Below, one piece after another: positions 29,567 through 39,409 of a stretch of 55,027 nucleotides of DNA (positions are counted from its first letter, which is position 1; every line of letters begins with the position of its first letter). The stretch is from IMG/VR virus record IMGVR_UViG_3300030116_003984, positions 1-55,027 of that record, one strand, 5' to 3'. The notes under the pieces are model-generated. The model saw only the letters and a program-made list of their open reading frames with translations, had not been told where the DNA came from and did no database searches. Made by a program: the position numbers and the translations under genes. Origin of the DNA: a virus (lineage: Duplodnaviria; Caudoviricetes).

Positions 29567-31858
29567 CTATCTTTTCCTAATTCTAGTTAAATCAGAATCA
29601 ATATCACTTGAAGCTGTTTCAATATGCTCGGTTTTTATTTGTCCTTGAAGCTTTATTTCTTCTAGTTTTCTAGCATGCTCTGCTTGGGCAAATTCTTCTT
29701 TTAATCTAAACTCAACTTGAAGCCTGTTTGATTCAGCTTCTTGTTTCATTTGTTCTATTTGAGCTTGTGCTTGAGATGCAGCTATTGCTGACTCCTGTTG
29801 AACTTGAGAGTTCAGCATCATTTCTCTTTGAGCTTTTTCAGATTGTTCTTGAGCGTATTTTTTTCTTCTTAATATTAATAATTGATTAGCTAGCTTTATA
29901 TTGCCTATATTCCTAATCATAATAGCATCCTCTAGTCTCAATTCTTTTTGAGCTAAAGATTGTTGAATGTTTTGTTCTAACATAGCTTTTTCTTCTTCAT
30001 CAGGCAATGCTTGAACTTTTATTCCAAATTCATGAAGAGTAACATCTTTTCCTATATCTACAACTTTTAAAGTTGTTTCACCTAAAGCGTCAATATACCC
30101 TTTATAAGCTCCTTTAAATTGAACTAAATCTTGTAAAGCTAAAGATGATGAAAAAGCTGTTCTTTCCATAAGATTTACATAAGCGTCATTAATAAATCTT
30201 GTAGCATTGTTTGATGCTAAAAGAGCCATTTTTTGCACACCAACTAAAGATTCTTTGTTTGGAGCAGAACCTTCTCTAACCTCATTAACACCAGTAACTT
30301 CTCGCAACCTTTCTACATTGTATCTATATGAAAGTATTAATTCTTGTAAAGCACCCCCTATACCTCCAGAAAGCTCTTGGACTGGTCTTGGAGAGCCTGT
30401 TGCCCCTCCTCCATCATCAAGAACTCTAAAATATAAGTTACCTGTTTGCTCGTAAACATCTTGTATTTCTAAAGGAGTAAATGTATTACCATCACCTTTT
30501 GTTACACCTTCAATAGAACCTAATTCAATAGCCATACCTTTAGGTCTGGTCTTAGCAATAAGTTGTTGCATTTTTAAATGTATCAGCTGAATTTGGTCAG
30601 CAAAAGGCATCATTCTTTCTACAATAGATTTATTATTCATATTATACATGTGTGGTGTATAAATATGATAAGAAGATAAAGAACGAGTTAAATTGCTTTT
30701 TGGTCTAAGCATATTTCTCTTCATTCCATAATCAAATATATAGTCAGTACCTATAATATATTTTCCCGAATACCAAACTTCAAAGTCTGGTTTTATTTGC
30801 TCTCTTTTATATTTAGATTTTTTAGGAGCTTTATAATTTTTGTCTTTTTTATTTACAGTAGAAGTCCCATATTGAGTGTTTTTCTTTTCATAATGAATAT
30901 CATTTACAGTTTTAAACTCTGCATCCATCACATCAACTAAATACTTATCATAGTCATACATCTCCATGCCATCAACATAATATGATGCTTTGCTTAGTTT
31001 AGAAGGATTGTTGTTCTTGCCTAAATAAGCTTCTGCTATTTTTCTATAATCTTCTTCAGTAAATTCGTCACCAGCCATTCTTTTTAGTTCTTGAAGTGTT
31101 ATTTTAATAATCTCACCTGCATGAACTATATTTTTATAATCAGGCCTATTAGAGTATGATGTAACTAAATACTCTGGGTCTACGTATCTAATATTTATTC
31201 CATCGTTGTTTAAAAATGTTTTACATGAAGCCGTTCCAACAACAACCAAGTCTCTTATAATTCTTCTAGAAACTTCTTTAAAATCATTAATATTAAAAGC
31301 TAACTCAATACCTTGCTCCATGGCTATCTCTGTAGCTTGCTTGTAATTAAGCTCCATAAACAAATCTAGCTCTTCTTTTGTTTCAGGAATATCTTCTTGA
31401 GGAGATAAAGGTATACCAGTAATGCTTGATAGCTCTGTAGTAAAATCTTTAGTCATCATCTGAACTAAAAGGTCTAACTTGTCATCTTTTCTTTTTTGTG
31501 TAGATAAAGGGTCTATAGCTGTGCATGTTATCTTATAATCTTGATTAGTCATGCTCCCAACAATAACATCTACAAACTTTGGAATAATAGGAACTATACT
31601 CCAATCTAAATTAAGATAAGAGTCGTCTCCACTTTTATTCATTAAATCTTTATATTTAGTTGAAGATTGAAGACCCTCAGCATAAGCTCTTTGCTCTGTT
31701 ATTCTTCTTCTTTTTTGATGCAACACCACTGAGTCTTTCCCAGCCCACTCTCTATACATCCTTTGAAAGTATTGTAATCCATATTTTTTTGTCTCCTTTA
31801 CATCTGAAGGGGCAAAAGGACTAGGGTATCCATATGTGTAATCTTTTTTATCAGCCAT
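29567..31858 (-). CDS. Portal protein
   Basis: 763 aa; SYLNLDWSIVPIIPKFVDVIV, REVTGVNEVREGS, VGVQKMA...SNNAT; follows terminase. Confidence 0.85.
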   Translation of the reverse strand: MADKKDYTYGYPSPFAPSDVKETKKYGLQYFQRMYREWAGKDSVVLHQKRRRITEQRAYAEGLQSSTKYKDLMNKSGDDSYLNLDWSIVPIIPKFVDVIVGSMTNQDYKITCTAIDPLSTQKRKDDKLDLLVQMMTKDFTTELSSITGIPLSPQEDIPETKEELDLFMELNYKQATEIAMEQGIELAFNINDFKEVSRRIIRDLVVVGTASCKTFLNNDGINIRYVDPEYLVTSYSNRPDYKNIVHAGEIIKITLQELKRMAGDEFTEEDYRKIAEAYLGKNNNPSKLSKASYYVDGMEMYDYDKYLVDVMDAEFKTVNDIHYEKKNTQYGTSTVNKKDKNYKAPKKSKYKREQIKPDFEVWYSGKYIIGTDYIFDYGMKRNMLRPKSNLTRSLSSYHIYTPHMYNMNNKSIVERMMPFADQIQLIHLKMQQLIAKTRPKGMAIELGSIEGVTKGDGNTFTPLEIQDVYEQTGNLYFRVLDDGGGATGSPRPVQELSGGIGGALQELILSYRYNVERLREVTGVNEVREGSAPNKESLVGVQKMALLASNNATRFINDAYVNLMERTAFSSSLALQDLVQFKGAYKGYIDALGETTLKVVDIGKDVTLHEFGIKVQALPDEEEKAMLEQNIQQSLAQKELRLEDAIMIRNIGNIKLANQLLILRRKKYAQEQSEKAQREMMLNSQVQQESAIAASQAQAQIEQMKQEAESNRLQVEFRLKEEFAQAEHARKLEEIKLQGQIKTEHIETASSDIDSDLTRIRKR

Positions 31859-33866
31859 TTTTTAGCAATTTAGATTTTTTGCCTTTTATATTATATTTTC
31901 TAATAAACGGCACGTATTCTCTTTTCTTTGGTTCTGGTTTTACAAATTTTTGAGCAGCCAATAAAGCTATTCCTGAAGCCATTGACGCATCATACTTTGT
32001 TCGATTATCTAATTCAAACTCAAGCCAATCTTTTAACAAATTGTCAAAATAACAATTACCTATTTGTCCTGTAGCTTGATTAAATCCTACATTATCATAT
32101 ACATATGCTTGTATAGAATCAGCAATAGCATTAATCACAACAGCTCCAGCTGTTGGTATACCAGGAGTTTGTTGATTTGTGCTATATTTTGTATGAGTGG
32201 TTTCTGGTCTATTCATTAAATAATTTTCATAACCTCTCATTCTAAAGTAGTTAATTAATCCTACCTTGTTGTTTTCTACAAGTATTTGACACCCATAAAA
32301 AACACACATCATTAATATGTCTTCATAAAAAACCTCTACTTTTGGAGGTCTATTTAAATATTCAGCAACAAAACAATGTGTTGCATCCTGCTCTGCAGGA
32401 TTGTATTTTCTAAAAACATAAGCAGCTGCGTCTGAACGTCTACCATCTGTAGTTGTACTGTGGTCATATGGGTCACATCCAGCTACTATTCCTTGACTGT
32501 TACCTGGAAAGTTCTTTTTCCTATCAGATTTAGCGTTTGGATTAGGAGGAACCCATGTAATTGTCCATTTACCATGATAATCTGGATACCACATTACTTC
32601 TGTATCTTTTACTCCGTTTCTCCACATAAAATTACCTGGAGTAACTAGTTTTTGTGCTGCAACTTCATTATATTCTAATTGTTGATATATTCTTTCAGCA
32701 TCAAACAAACATTTTTTTGCATCATGTCTAAATGCTTCGTCTGGATTGTAAGGATATTGTCTTTTTTGTTCAGCTAAAGCATTTGTGTCATCTCTCAAAC
32801 CATCTCTAATGCTGTCCATATATTCTTTAGCTTCGTCTATTTGAGAAATGCCATACTCATCTATAAAGCCTTCAAGACCATCATATACTGGAGTAAAGTA
32901 TCTGTATAATCCTGAGCGAGTTTTACCTGTAGAATCTCTGTCTTCTGGGTTAGACATATCCCATATACGTTTAAAGTTTTCTCCACCAGACTTTGACATT
33001 TCATTTACAGTAGAAGGCATGAAACATTTTCCTACAACTTTTCTACCTAACGATAAACAAGGTTTTACAATTTGCCAATTCCTCCAAACATCCGCTTCTT
33101 CCCATTTACCCGCCTCATCAGACATAAAGTATTTTAGCTTTGCGGAGTCATAAGAGTTGTTTTTTGTATTTCTCCAATCTATCCTAGAGTTTAACGCTTC
33201 AGATTTTTGCACTCCTTGATTTTTCTTTGTAATTCTTTCACCAGGTTTTTTAAATGATAAAACTGATTTTGGATTATCAGTACCATCAATAATTGGCTGA
33301 AAGAAATCTGGCAAACCCCTAAACATATCTACTACTTTAAAAAATAAATCTTTAGCATCTGCACCTGTTTTAGAAAGCAAACCACCGTGAGCGTTATAGT
33401 TAGATGTTATCATGTTTAACGCTAAAGAAGCTCCTTTCCACGAAGCGCCTTCACGTCTATGTTTTACCATTACCATGCCATATGAATCATCATCTTTTAC
33501 GCATGCATCCCAAAATAAAAAGAACCTTCTGTCTCTATCTCTATAATCTGGATAGCCAACATCTATTTTACACCAGTTTAAATAATAATAGTGAGCTCCT
33601 GTAATATAGGTGGGCTCACCATTGTTCATAAACCAGTATCCATCTCTTCTTCTAGCAAACTCCTGCTCTACAAACTTTTCTTTTGTTTTAGCATCTAAAA
33701 CATCCCAGTTTTCTGGCAAAGAATTTCTAGTCCATTTTTGATTTTTTTTTCCTTTTTTGATTCCTCCAATACCAGACGATGGTTTTTTAGGTATACCTAT
33801 CTTTATGTTAGATATATCAAATACTTTCCCTTTACTGGAAGGATTGAGCCAAACAGTTTTGTCCAA
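31851..33866 (-). CDS. terL: Terminase large subunit (TTG start)
   Basis: YITGAHYYYL, Walker A variant KHRREGAS, Walker B DEAGKW, nuclease GCDPYD and KYDASMASG. Confidence 0.9.
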   Translation of the reverse strand: MDKTVWLNPSSKGKVFDISNIKIGIPKKPSSGIGGIKKGKKNQKWTRNSLPENWDVLDAKTKEKFVEQEFARRRDGYWFMNNGEPTYITGAHYYYLNWCKIDVGYPDYRDRDRRFFLFWDACVKDDDSYGMVMVKHRREGASWKGASLALNMITSNYNAHGGLLSKTGADAKDLFFKVVDMFRGLPDFFQPIIDGTDNPKSVLSFKKPGERITKKNQGVQKSEALNSRIDWRNTKNNSYDSAKLKYFMSDEAGKWEEADVWRNWQIVKPCLSLGRKVVGKCFMPSTVNEMSKSGGENFKRIWDMSNPEDRDSTGKTRSGLYRYFTPVYDGLEGFIDEYGISQIDEAKEYMDSIRDGLRDDTNALAEQKRQYPYNPDEAFRHDAKKCLFDAERIYQQLEYNEVAAQKLVTPGNFMWRNGVKDTEVMWYPDYHGKWTITWVPPNPNAKSDRKKNFPGNSQGIVAGCDPYDHSTTTDGRRSDAAAYVFRKYNPAEQDATHCFVAEYLNRPPKVEVFYEDILMMCVFYGCQILVENNKVGLINYFRMRGYENYLMNRPETTHTKYSTNQQTPGIPTAGAVVINAIADSIQAYVYDNVGFNQATGQIGNCYFDNLLKDWLEFELDNRTKYDASMASGIALLAAQKFVKPEPKKREYVPFIRKYNIKGKKSKLLKNG

Positions 33867-33890
33867 ATCTAGTTAAAATTAACTTACAAC

Positions 33891-33924
33891 TAGCAAAAAT
33901 ACAAAAATTGTTGTATATTTGCAA
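33891..33924. promoter_or_regulatory. Overlapping divergent Bacteroidota promoters
   Basis: Plus: TATATTTG at 33914-33921. Minus: TTG-N20-TATTTTTG with -7 at 33894-33901. Confidence 0.7.
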
Positions 33925-33956
33925 CTTATCTATTTATTAACTAATACCATAGAAAA

Positions 33957-35042
33957 ATGGCAAATTTAATTAGCGTTAATGTGTTAAAGTACGGAAACAT
34001 TGAGTTCGGTACTACACTAGCTGACGCAAAAACAATGGTGCTAAGTACCGAGCACATTATTTACGGTACTAATAAAGAAACAGATACTGGAGTAGATGTT
34101 ACTACAGCAACTGCTGCTACTGATGCTGTTACTACTGGCGCTGACCACGGAATTACAAGTGGTGAGTATGTTAGAATTGGTAAGGTTGGAGATTCTGTAG
34201 GAACTTTTGATATTGCTTCTGCTGATTACACGCCTGGAAAAATATTCAAAGTACAGAAGACAGGAGCAACTGGTTTATTCTTGCATGGTTCAGAAGCTCA
34301 CTATGATGCTAACACTAAGCAAGACATTACTACTAACGGTTCTGGTTTAACTTTAGATGTAGTTAGAGTTCAAGGTAAAATTCTTTACGCTGACCCAAGT
34401 TTAGGAAGCGGAACTCCTATTGAAATTATTACTGTTGAGCCATGTGTAAATGTTGCTGACGGTTTTGGTGTTTCTGCTAAGTCTGGACAGTTAAGAGCTG
34501 TTGAGGTAAACAGAAAAAATGGTGTTGCTTATGATGCTGCTACTATTTCTGAGATTAACTTAATGATTAACTTAGAAAGAGTTATTTTATCTTACGAAGG
34601 ATTAGCTGTCCCATACTCAGACTCTATTGCTTCTGCTGATGACTGGGCTGTTTGGTATGATGCTTCTAATACAAACTTTGCGGGGATGGATTCTCCTTTT
34701 GTTGATGTGTTAGAGGTAGAAACATCTTTAGATGGACTTATGACATCTTTTGTTGACCATGCTGGTGGAAAATCTGCATTTGTAAATGCTCTTGCCTTAG
34801 TTGTTAATGGACAAAAAGTTGTTTTCCCTGACCAATCTGCATCTGCTGTAGTTAGACTTAAAAATATTGCTAGCGCTAATGAAATGGCTGCTACAACCGC
34901 TTTCGGTTGGGGTTCTGTTTCTGCTAACGATACTATTGTTAAACTTAAGCGTGGACTTGGAAAAGGTGGAGACGACTATTTAGTTGTTAACCATACTGCT
35001 GCTCAGCTTATTGCTTTAACTGAATCAGCTATGACTACATAA
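33957..35042 (+). CDS. Probable abundant virion (decoration) protein, inverted within the packaging operon
   Basis: 361 aa, A/T/G/V-rich, capsid-like codon bias, own promoter and terminator. Confidence 0.55.
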   Translation: MANLISVNVLKYGNIEFGTTLADAKTMVLSTEHIIYGTNKETDTGVDVTTATAATDAVTTGADHGITSGEYVRIGKVGDSVGTFDIASADYTPGKIFKVQKTGATGLFLHGSEAHYDANTKQDITTNGSGLTLDVVRVQGKILYADPSLGSGTPIEIITVEPCVNVADGFGVSAKSGQLRAVEVNRKNGVAYDAATISEINLMINLERVILSYEGLAVPYSDSIASADDWAVWYDASNTNFAGMDSPFVDVLEVETSLDGLMTSFVDHAGGKSAFVNALALVVNGQKVVFPDQSASAVVRLKNIASANEMAATTAFGWGSVSANDTIVKLKRGLGKGGDDYLVVNHTAAQLIALTESAMTT

Positions 35043-35061
35043 TAATTTATGTATATAAATT

Positions 35062-35090
35062 AAAAGAGGAGCTATGCTCCTCTTTTTTTT
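35062..35090. terminator. Bidirectional terminator
   Basis: AAAAGAGGAGC-TAT-GCTCCTCTTTT between convergent genes. Confidence 0.85.
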
Positions 35091-35374
35091 GCAAACTTTT
35101 CAGCGTATCCTTTCTTAAAAGTAGCTTGTTCTTCTTCCGTGTCTGGTGGAAGTTCTTCACCATTTAAATATGCTTCAAGTTTTTCTACTTCTGTAATTAT
35201 TTCTTTAGCGTCCATAAAGCATTCTTTCTTAGCTTTCATTGCGTTTCTAGCTCTATCATCCTGAAGTTCAGGGTCAAGAGGTTTTTTTACTTCTGCTAAT
35301 AATAATTCAAAAGCTTCCTTTCCTGCGTTAATTAACTTTTGCAGCTTGTCTTCGTGTTTACTCTTTGATGACAT
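35072..35374 (-). CDS. Probable terminase small subunit
   Basis: 100 aa helical; DDRARNAMKAKKE..DA.EI and GYAEKF end; nearest same-strand gene upstream of terL. Confidence 0.5.
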   Translation of the reverse strand: MSSKSKHEDKLQKLINAGKEAFELLLAEVKKPLDPELQDDRARNAMKAKKECFMDAKEIITEVEKLEAYLNGEELPPDTEEEQATFKKGYAEKFAKKRGA

Positions 35375-35951
35375 ATATTAAATCATTGTTTTTCATTCTA
35401 AATAACCTTTCTCCTTCTATATCCATTTCATAATCAGAGTTGGTTTCAAAATAAATTTTATCTCCAACCTTTGCTCCTAAAGCTTCTGTGTTTGAGTTTA
35501 CATATTTTAATATACCAACATTTGATTTTTCTTCTTGGTTTGCTTTTAAAAATAAACCTGATTCAGATTTTATTTCATCTTCAGTTTCTCTAACAGGTTC
35601 TACTAAAACATAGTCATTTAACATGTGCACCTCTCCATCTCTTACTCTAGCAAATAATTGATTATAAGCCATCCAAGCAACCTCTTTTCCATCAACATTC
35701 ATAGCATGCTCATCATCATTTATAAAATGGTGTGTGTACACAAAATCTCCTGGTTGAAGCTCCATCTCTGTATCCATCCAAGATTCAAGTTTATCTGGCA
35801 CTCCAATAACTTCTGCTTTTTGATTTACCCAATGCATAGGAGACCAAGAAGTATCTACCTCTATCGTATTATCTCCTATTTGAATTTCGTTGTTTTCTTT
35901 TTTTTCTCTTTTTGTAAAAACTAAATTTTTAATAGGTTTCATTTTCTTCAA
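35358..35951 (-). CDS. Tandem GroES/Cpn10-like co-chaperonin
   Basis: Two repeats: MKPIKNLVF...LQPGDFV and MLNDYVLVEP...KSESGLFL...KVGDKIYF...IEGERLFRM. Confidence 0.7.
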   Translation of the reverse strand: MKKMKPIKNLVFTKREKKENNEIQIGDNTIEVDTSWSPMHWVNQKAEVIGVPDKLESWMDTEMELQPGDFVYTHHFINDDEHAMNVDGKEVAWMAYNQLFARVRDGEVHMLNDYVLVEPVRETEDEIKSESGLFLKANQEEKSNVGILKYVNSNTEALGAKVGDKIYFETNSDYEMDIEGERLFRMKNNDLIYVIKE

Positions 35952-36210
35952 TTTTAATATCGTATTCTATTGATACTGGTGTATCTATAAATGATTTCCA
36001 TAGTCTTGCGTAATCACTATTGCTAGGTTTAACAAATATGTTAAATCTAACTTTTCCATAATAATTAAAATACTCATCATCTTTTACTATATCTATTATT
36101 TCTAAATATGCACTAGAATGAGGTACTCTCATTTTTTGGTCACGCTTATAAGTAATTCCTTCCTTTATATCACCCAGTGTTATCTTTCTTATTATTCCGT
36201 TTACTTCCAT
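35929..36210 (-). CDS. Hypothetical protein
   Basis: Overlapping operon tiling; IIRKITLG...PVSIEYD. Confidence 0.65.
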   Translation of the reverse strand: MEVNGIIRKITLGDIKEGITYKRDQKMRVPHSSAYLEIIDIVKDDEYFNYYGKVRFNIFVKPSNSDYARLWKSFIDTPVSIEYDIKIEENETY

Positions 36211-36382
36211 TATCTATAATTAAACATATTAAATCATCACTATGAAGCTCTATACTTACTAATTCTTCATTATGCTTTATTTTAAGCATTGCAGCTAAAG
36301 CTTTTATGTGAGCAGCTATTTCAATGTGATGCTCTTTTACTTCTTGCGTTTTGAATGATGTGTTATCTACTTCAACCTTCAT
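36170..36382 (-). CDS. Hypothetical protein
   Basis: Tiles operon. Confidence 0.55.
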   Translation of the reverse strand: MKVEVDNTSFKTQEVKEHHIEIAAHIKALAAMLKIKHNEELVSIELHSDDLICLIIDNGSKRNNKKDNTG

Positions 36383-36821
36383 AACGCTCTATTTCTAACG
36401 CTCTTACTAATTCCTCTCTTTTGGATTTGCTTGCGCTTTTCCAGTAATAATGTGGGTTTACATAATAAGTGCTAGTTCTTGTTTTTGTTTGACCTATGTA
36501 TTCATTTGTTGATAATATAATATCAGCGTCTTTTAATGCTTTAATTGCTTTATCTACAGAAGATACACTATAGTCTTTACCTCCTCGAATGGCACATTCA
36601 ACTGCAAAACGTTTTTTATCTGTTCTTGTCATTGTAAACAGATTCCATTCGCTCATCTCATTAAGTATCCATTCTAATAAGTGCATAGCGCAAGGACTGT
36701 GTATTTTAAATATTACATCAGTAGCGCTAACATATCTTTGAACAAAAAGACTTTCCATATAAATGGGAGCCATCTTGTCAGTCAGCTTTTTCTTCCCCGT
36801 CTTTATTAGAATTTTTTTCAT
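36372..36821 (-). CDS. RepL-like winged-helix DNA-binding protein
   Basis: SVSSVDKAIKALKDADII HTH followed by YYVNPHYYWK. Confidence 0.55.
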   Translation of the reverse strand: MKKILIKTGKKKLTDKMAPIYMESLFVQRYVSATDVIFKIHSPCAMHLLEWILNEMSEWNLFTMTRTDKKRFAVECAIRGGKDYSVSSVDKAIKALKDADIILSTNEYIGQTKTRTSTYYVNPHYYWKSASKSKREELVRALEIERYEG

Positions 36822-37080
36822 TCAATATTTTTTTAACCCTTTCTACTATTTCATTTACATCAGTACCGTGGGTTAATTCAGACCAGACCTCTAGTTGTTT
36901 TTCTTGAAGTTCTTGAAATAAATCAGCTTCCATTGTTGTCAAAAGGGTTCCCCCTCTTTCTTGATTGTCTTGGTCTTTATAATTAAAAGTGAACATAAAA
37001 TCTAAGTCTTCATAGTCTTTTGATAAACTATTTAAAAAACTTAACATGTTTGCTATTTCTTGTTCTAGTGTCATTTCCAT
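36778..37080 (-). CDS. Hypothetical protein
   Basis: Tiles operon. Confidence 0.55.
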   Translation of the reverse strand: MEMTLEQEIANMLSFLNSLSKDYEDLDFMFTFNYKDQDNQERGGTLLTTMEADLFQELQEKQLEVWSELTHGTDVNEIVERVKKILNEKNSNKDGEEKAD

Positions 37081-37325
37081 TTTTTATGAGGGCAACCTGA
37101 CGTTTTCCAAGCTGCTTTTGTTTGTATATAACAACCACAAGCTCCACATCTATCTGCCATCCTATGTTCACAGGTATAGCAAGTAGTGAGTCTTTCAGCA
37201 AACTCCGACCTGCTTACTTTTTTAGCCCCTGTTGAAACATGCTTAAAAACAGCCTTAACAAATGATTTAAACATTTGCCAGTTGCTTGGCAACTTATTTG
37301 GTAGCTTCTTTTGTTGCTGTTCCAT
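37071..37325 (-). CDS. Cys-rich small protein (DUF6171-like)
   Basis: RLTTCYTCEH...CGACGC...K......CPHKKW. Confidence 0.6.
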   Translation of the reverse strand: MEQQQKKLPNKLPSNWQMFKSFVKAVFKHVSTGAKKVSRSEFAERLTTCYTCEHRMADRCGACGCYIQTKAAWKTSGCPHKKWK

Positions 37326-37497
37326 ATTCTAAAAACTGATAAATATTATTAGCCATAACGCAAACAGATTGTGGGTCTGGAGTAACTTGTAAAGCCATTT
37401 GCATAGCTGTTACCCTTACTGCTTTTTGTTCTTGCTTTCTTTGCTTATCATTGATGTCGATAAGACTTGGATTTGTAATATCCGTAGGATTACTCAT
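37294..37497 (-). CDS. Hypothetical protein, first gene of leftward operon
   Basis: Downstream of promoter, A-rich leader. Confidence 0.6.
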   Translation of the reverse strand: MSNPTDITNPSLIDINDKQRKQEQKAVRVTAMQMALQVTPDPQSVCVMANNIYQFLEYGTATKEATK

Positions 37498-37525
37498 AAT
37501 ATATTATATTAAATTAAACTTGAAG

Positions 37526-37556
37526 CAAATGTAATAATAATTACACTTACAAACAA
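37526..37556 (-). promoter_or_regulatory. Leftward Bacteroidota promoter
   Basis: TTG-N20-TACATTTG. Confidence 0.7.
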
Positions 37557-37582
37557 GTATTTTTTAATTTATTTTATTGATA

Positions 37583-37616
37583 GACAATTTTGTCCATGCA
37601 CAAAGACTTATATGTC
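37583..37616. repeat. Pair of GAC(A/T)-N4-TGTC palindromes 22 bp apart
   Basis: GACAATTTTGTC at 37583 and GACTTATATGTC at 37605. Confidence 0.6.
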
Positions 37617-37628
37617 TATGTTATTTAA

Positions 37629-37659
37629 TTGATTAATATTATTTATTTTAGTATATTTG
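37629..37659 (+). promoter_or_regulatory. Rightward Bacteroidota promoter (probably leaderless mRNA)
   Basis: TTG-N20-TATATTTG ending 4 nt before ATG 37664. Confidence 0.7.
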
Positions 37660-37663
37660 TATC

Positions 37664-39409
37664 ATGGCTAAAAAATTTAAAACCTGGAATAATAGCTCTT
37701 TTACAGTTGGCGCTCCAACAGCTCGTGGCGCTACTCCAAAAGCAGGAAGTTCGTATGCAACAAAATGGTTTGTTTGCTCTAGAACTCCCTCAAGAGCTTT
37801 AGAGTTAATATTAAAAACAGCCCTGCCTCATTATTATTTGGAGTCAGAGCAGCAAGGACAAAATTTTTCAGTTAACTCTTGGACTGAAGTTCTTCAAGAT
37901 TACTGGAGTAATATAGGTAAAGGAAAATGTCCCAGAATAAAAGACATACCTGGTTTTAAAACAGACTTAAATTTTTCTCAAGGTTTTAGTTTAACATTTC
38001 CAAACGCAACAAAACGTCATTTTAAAAATTCAGAAACTGGTAGCGGTGCTATTGTAAATTATTCTATACCTCCAAATGTTAGCGGATATGTAAATCCATC
38101 GACAGTAGATGTAGAGGTAATACCTGGAAGTTGGAATGGTAAATACTATGAATACAATGATACTATTCAGTTATCTCCTTCATGGACTTACCATGCTGCT
38201 AGGCAAACAGCACCAGTTCCAGATTATTGTTTGCCAGAGCCTGGAACAAATTTATTTAATGATGTTCATGTGTCAAAGCCTGCATTGTATAGTGATAACG
38301 GAACAGGTTATCCTTCTGTCGGTTGGAAGGGTAATTCAAATGCTAGTATGCATGAACATTTAATTAAACCGCAGTTTCAATCAGTTAGTTTCCCTTCAAA
38401 TTTATATAACTTTATAGGTTCAACTCCTTATGCAGGTGGAACAGCTTTTGGAGCTGATACCTGGAAAGCAAGCTTGCATGCTCAAACTTATTATACTGGT
38501 CAAGGAAGCTACAGATATGAAGCTAACGCAAACAACCCAGCATTATTTAGGCAGTTTGATGCCTTGAGTGGTGAAACAAATGCAACTTTAGTTGTTGATA
38601 CTAATGGAGGATTACAAGGGGGCGTCATGATAAAACATACTGCTCAATCTTTTGAACAAGCATTGATACCTACTAATTTAACCGACACTTGCAGTAATCA
38701 ACCAATCTTTAACCATAGTAATATTGTGCAATCTGCACAAAGTGCAGCTGGTAATTTGCAAGCTGCAGATGCATACCTTAGAGCTTTTGGTAAAGATGCT
38801 TTTAATATGGGATATAATACTATTGACGGAAATGAAAATGATGCATTATTTTCTATTGATGGTTTTCATGATGGAATATTTGAAGTAACTGTTCCTATAT
38901 GGTGGAATGACGGAAGTTCAGTACCTTTTATTAATAATCAGAATCTGACAATTAATGCTCAATCATCCAATCCTCTTTATGGATTTAAAAGTGGCAACAC
39001 TTTAGCAGGGGTTGGTGCAAACATCAATGCCTTAGTAGCTACTACAAATCCAAACAATGTATTGTTTGTTGAATCAACAATATTTGGCTACAATGACGGA
39101 GGCCCTTGGGGTAACTGCGGCTATCCATTTGGTAGCACGTTATTTGATAATAATACTACGAGACTTTTTACAGTAAACCCACAACCTATGGGGACTTTTA
39201 TGCAAGGCGGTGTGTTTAACCCAATGGATGAAGATTTTTTATTTGTTGCTGACAGCGCTACTGTTAACAAAGCTAAGTTAGATGATTTAGAAAATACATC
39301 TTGGTTTCCTACGCATACAGCTTGTAAAAACCTTACTCCTTGTAGAAAATGTACAGTTAACAGTCTTGGAGGAGACCGATTAGTTACTAAGCATAAGTAT
39401 ATAAGCTAA
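37664..39409 (+). CDS. Hypothetical protein, N/G/S/T-rich, possibly structural
   Basis: 581 aa ORF with promoter; no motif recognised. Confidence 0.7.
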   Translation: MAKKFKTWNNSSFTVGAPTARGATPKAGSSYATKWFVCSRTPSRALELILKTALPHYYLESEQQGQNFSVNSWTEVLQDYWSNIGKGKCPRIKDIPGFKTDLNFSQGFSLTFPNATKRHFKNSETGSGAIVNYSIPPNVSGYVNPSTVDVEVIPGSWNGKYYEYNDTIQLSPSWTYHAARQTAPVPDYCLPEPGTNLFNDVHVSKPALYSDNGTGYPSVGWKGNSNASMHEHLIKPQFQSVSFPSNLYNFIGSTPYAGGTAFGADTWKASLHAQTYYTGQGSYRYEANANNPALFRQFDALSGETNATLVVDTNGGLQGGVMIKHTAQSFEQALIPTNLTDTCSNQPIFNHSNIVQSAQSAAGNLQAADAYLRAFGKDAFNMGYNTIDGNENDALFSIDGFHDGIFEVTVPIWWNDGSSVPFINNQNLTINAQSSNPLYGFKSGNTLAGVGANINALVATTNPNNVLFVESTIFGYNDGGPWGNCGYPFGSTLFDNNTTRLFTVNPQPMGTFMQGGVFNPMDEDFLFVADSATVNKAKLDDLENTSWFPTHTACKNLTPCRKCTVNSLGGDRLVTKHKYIS

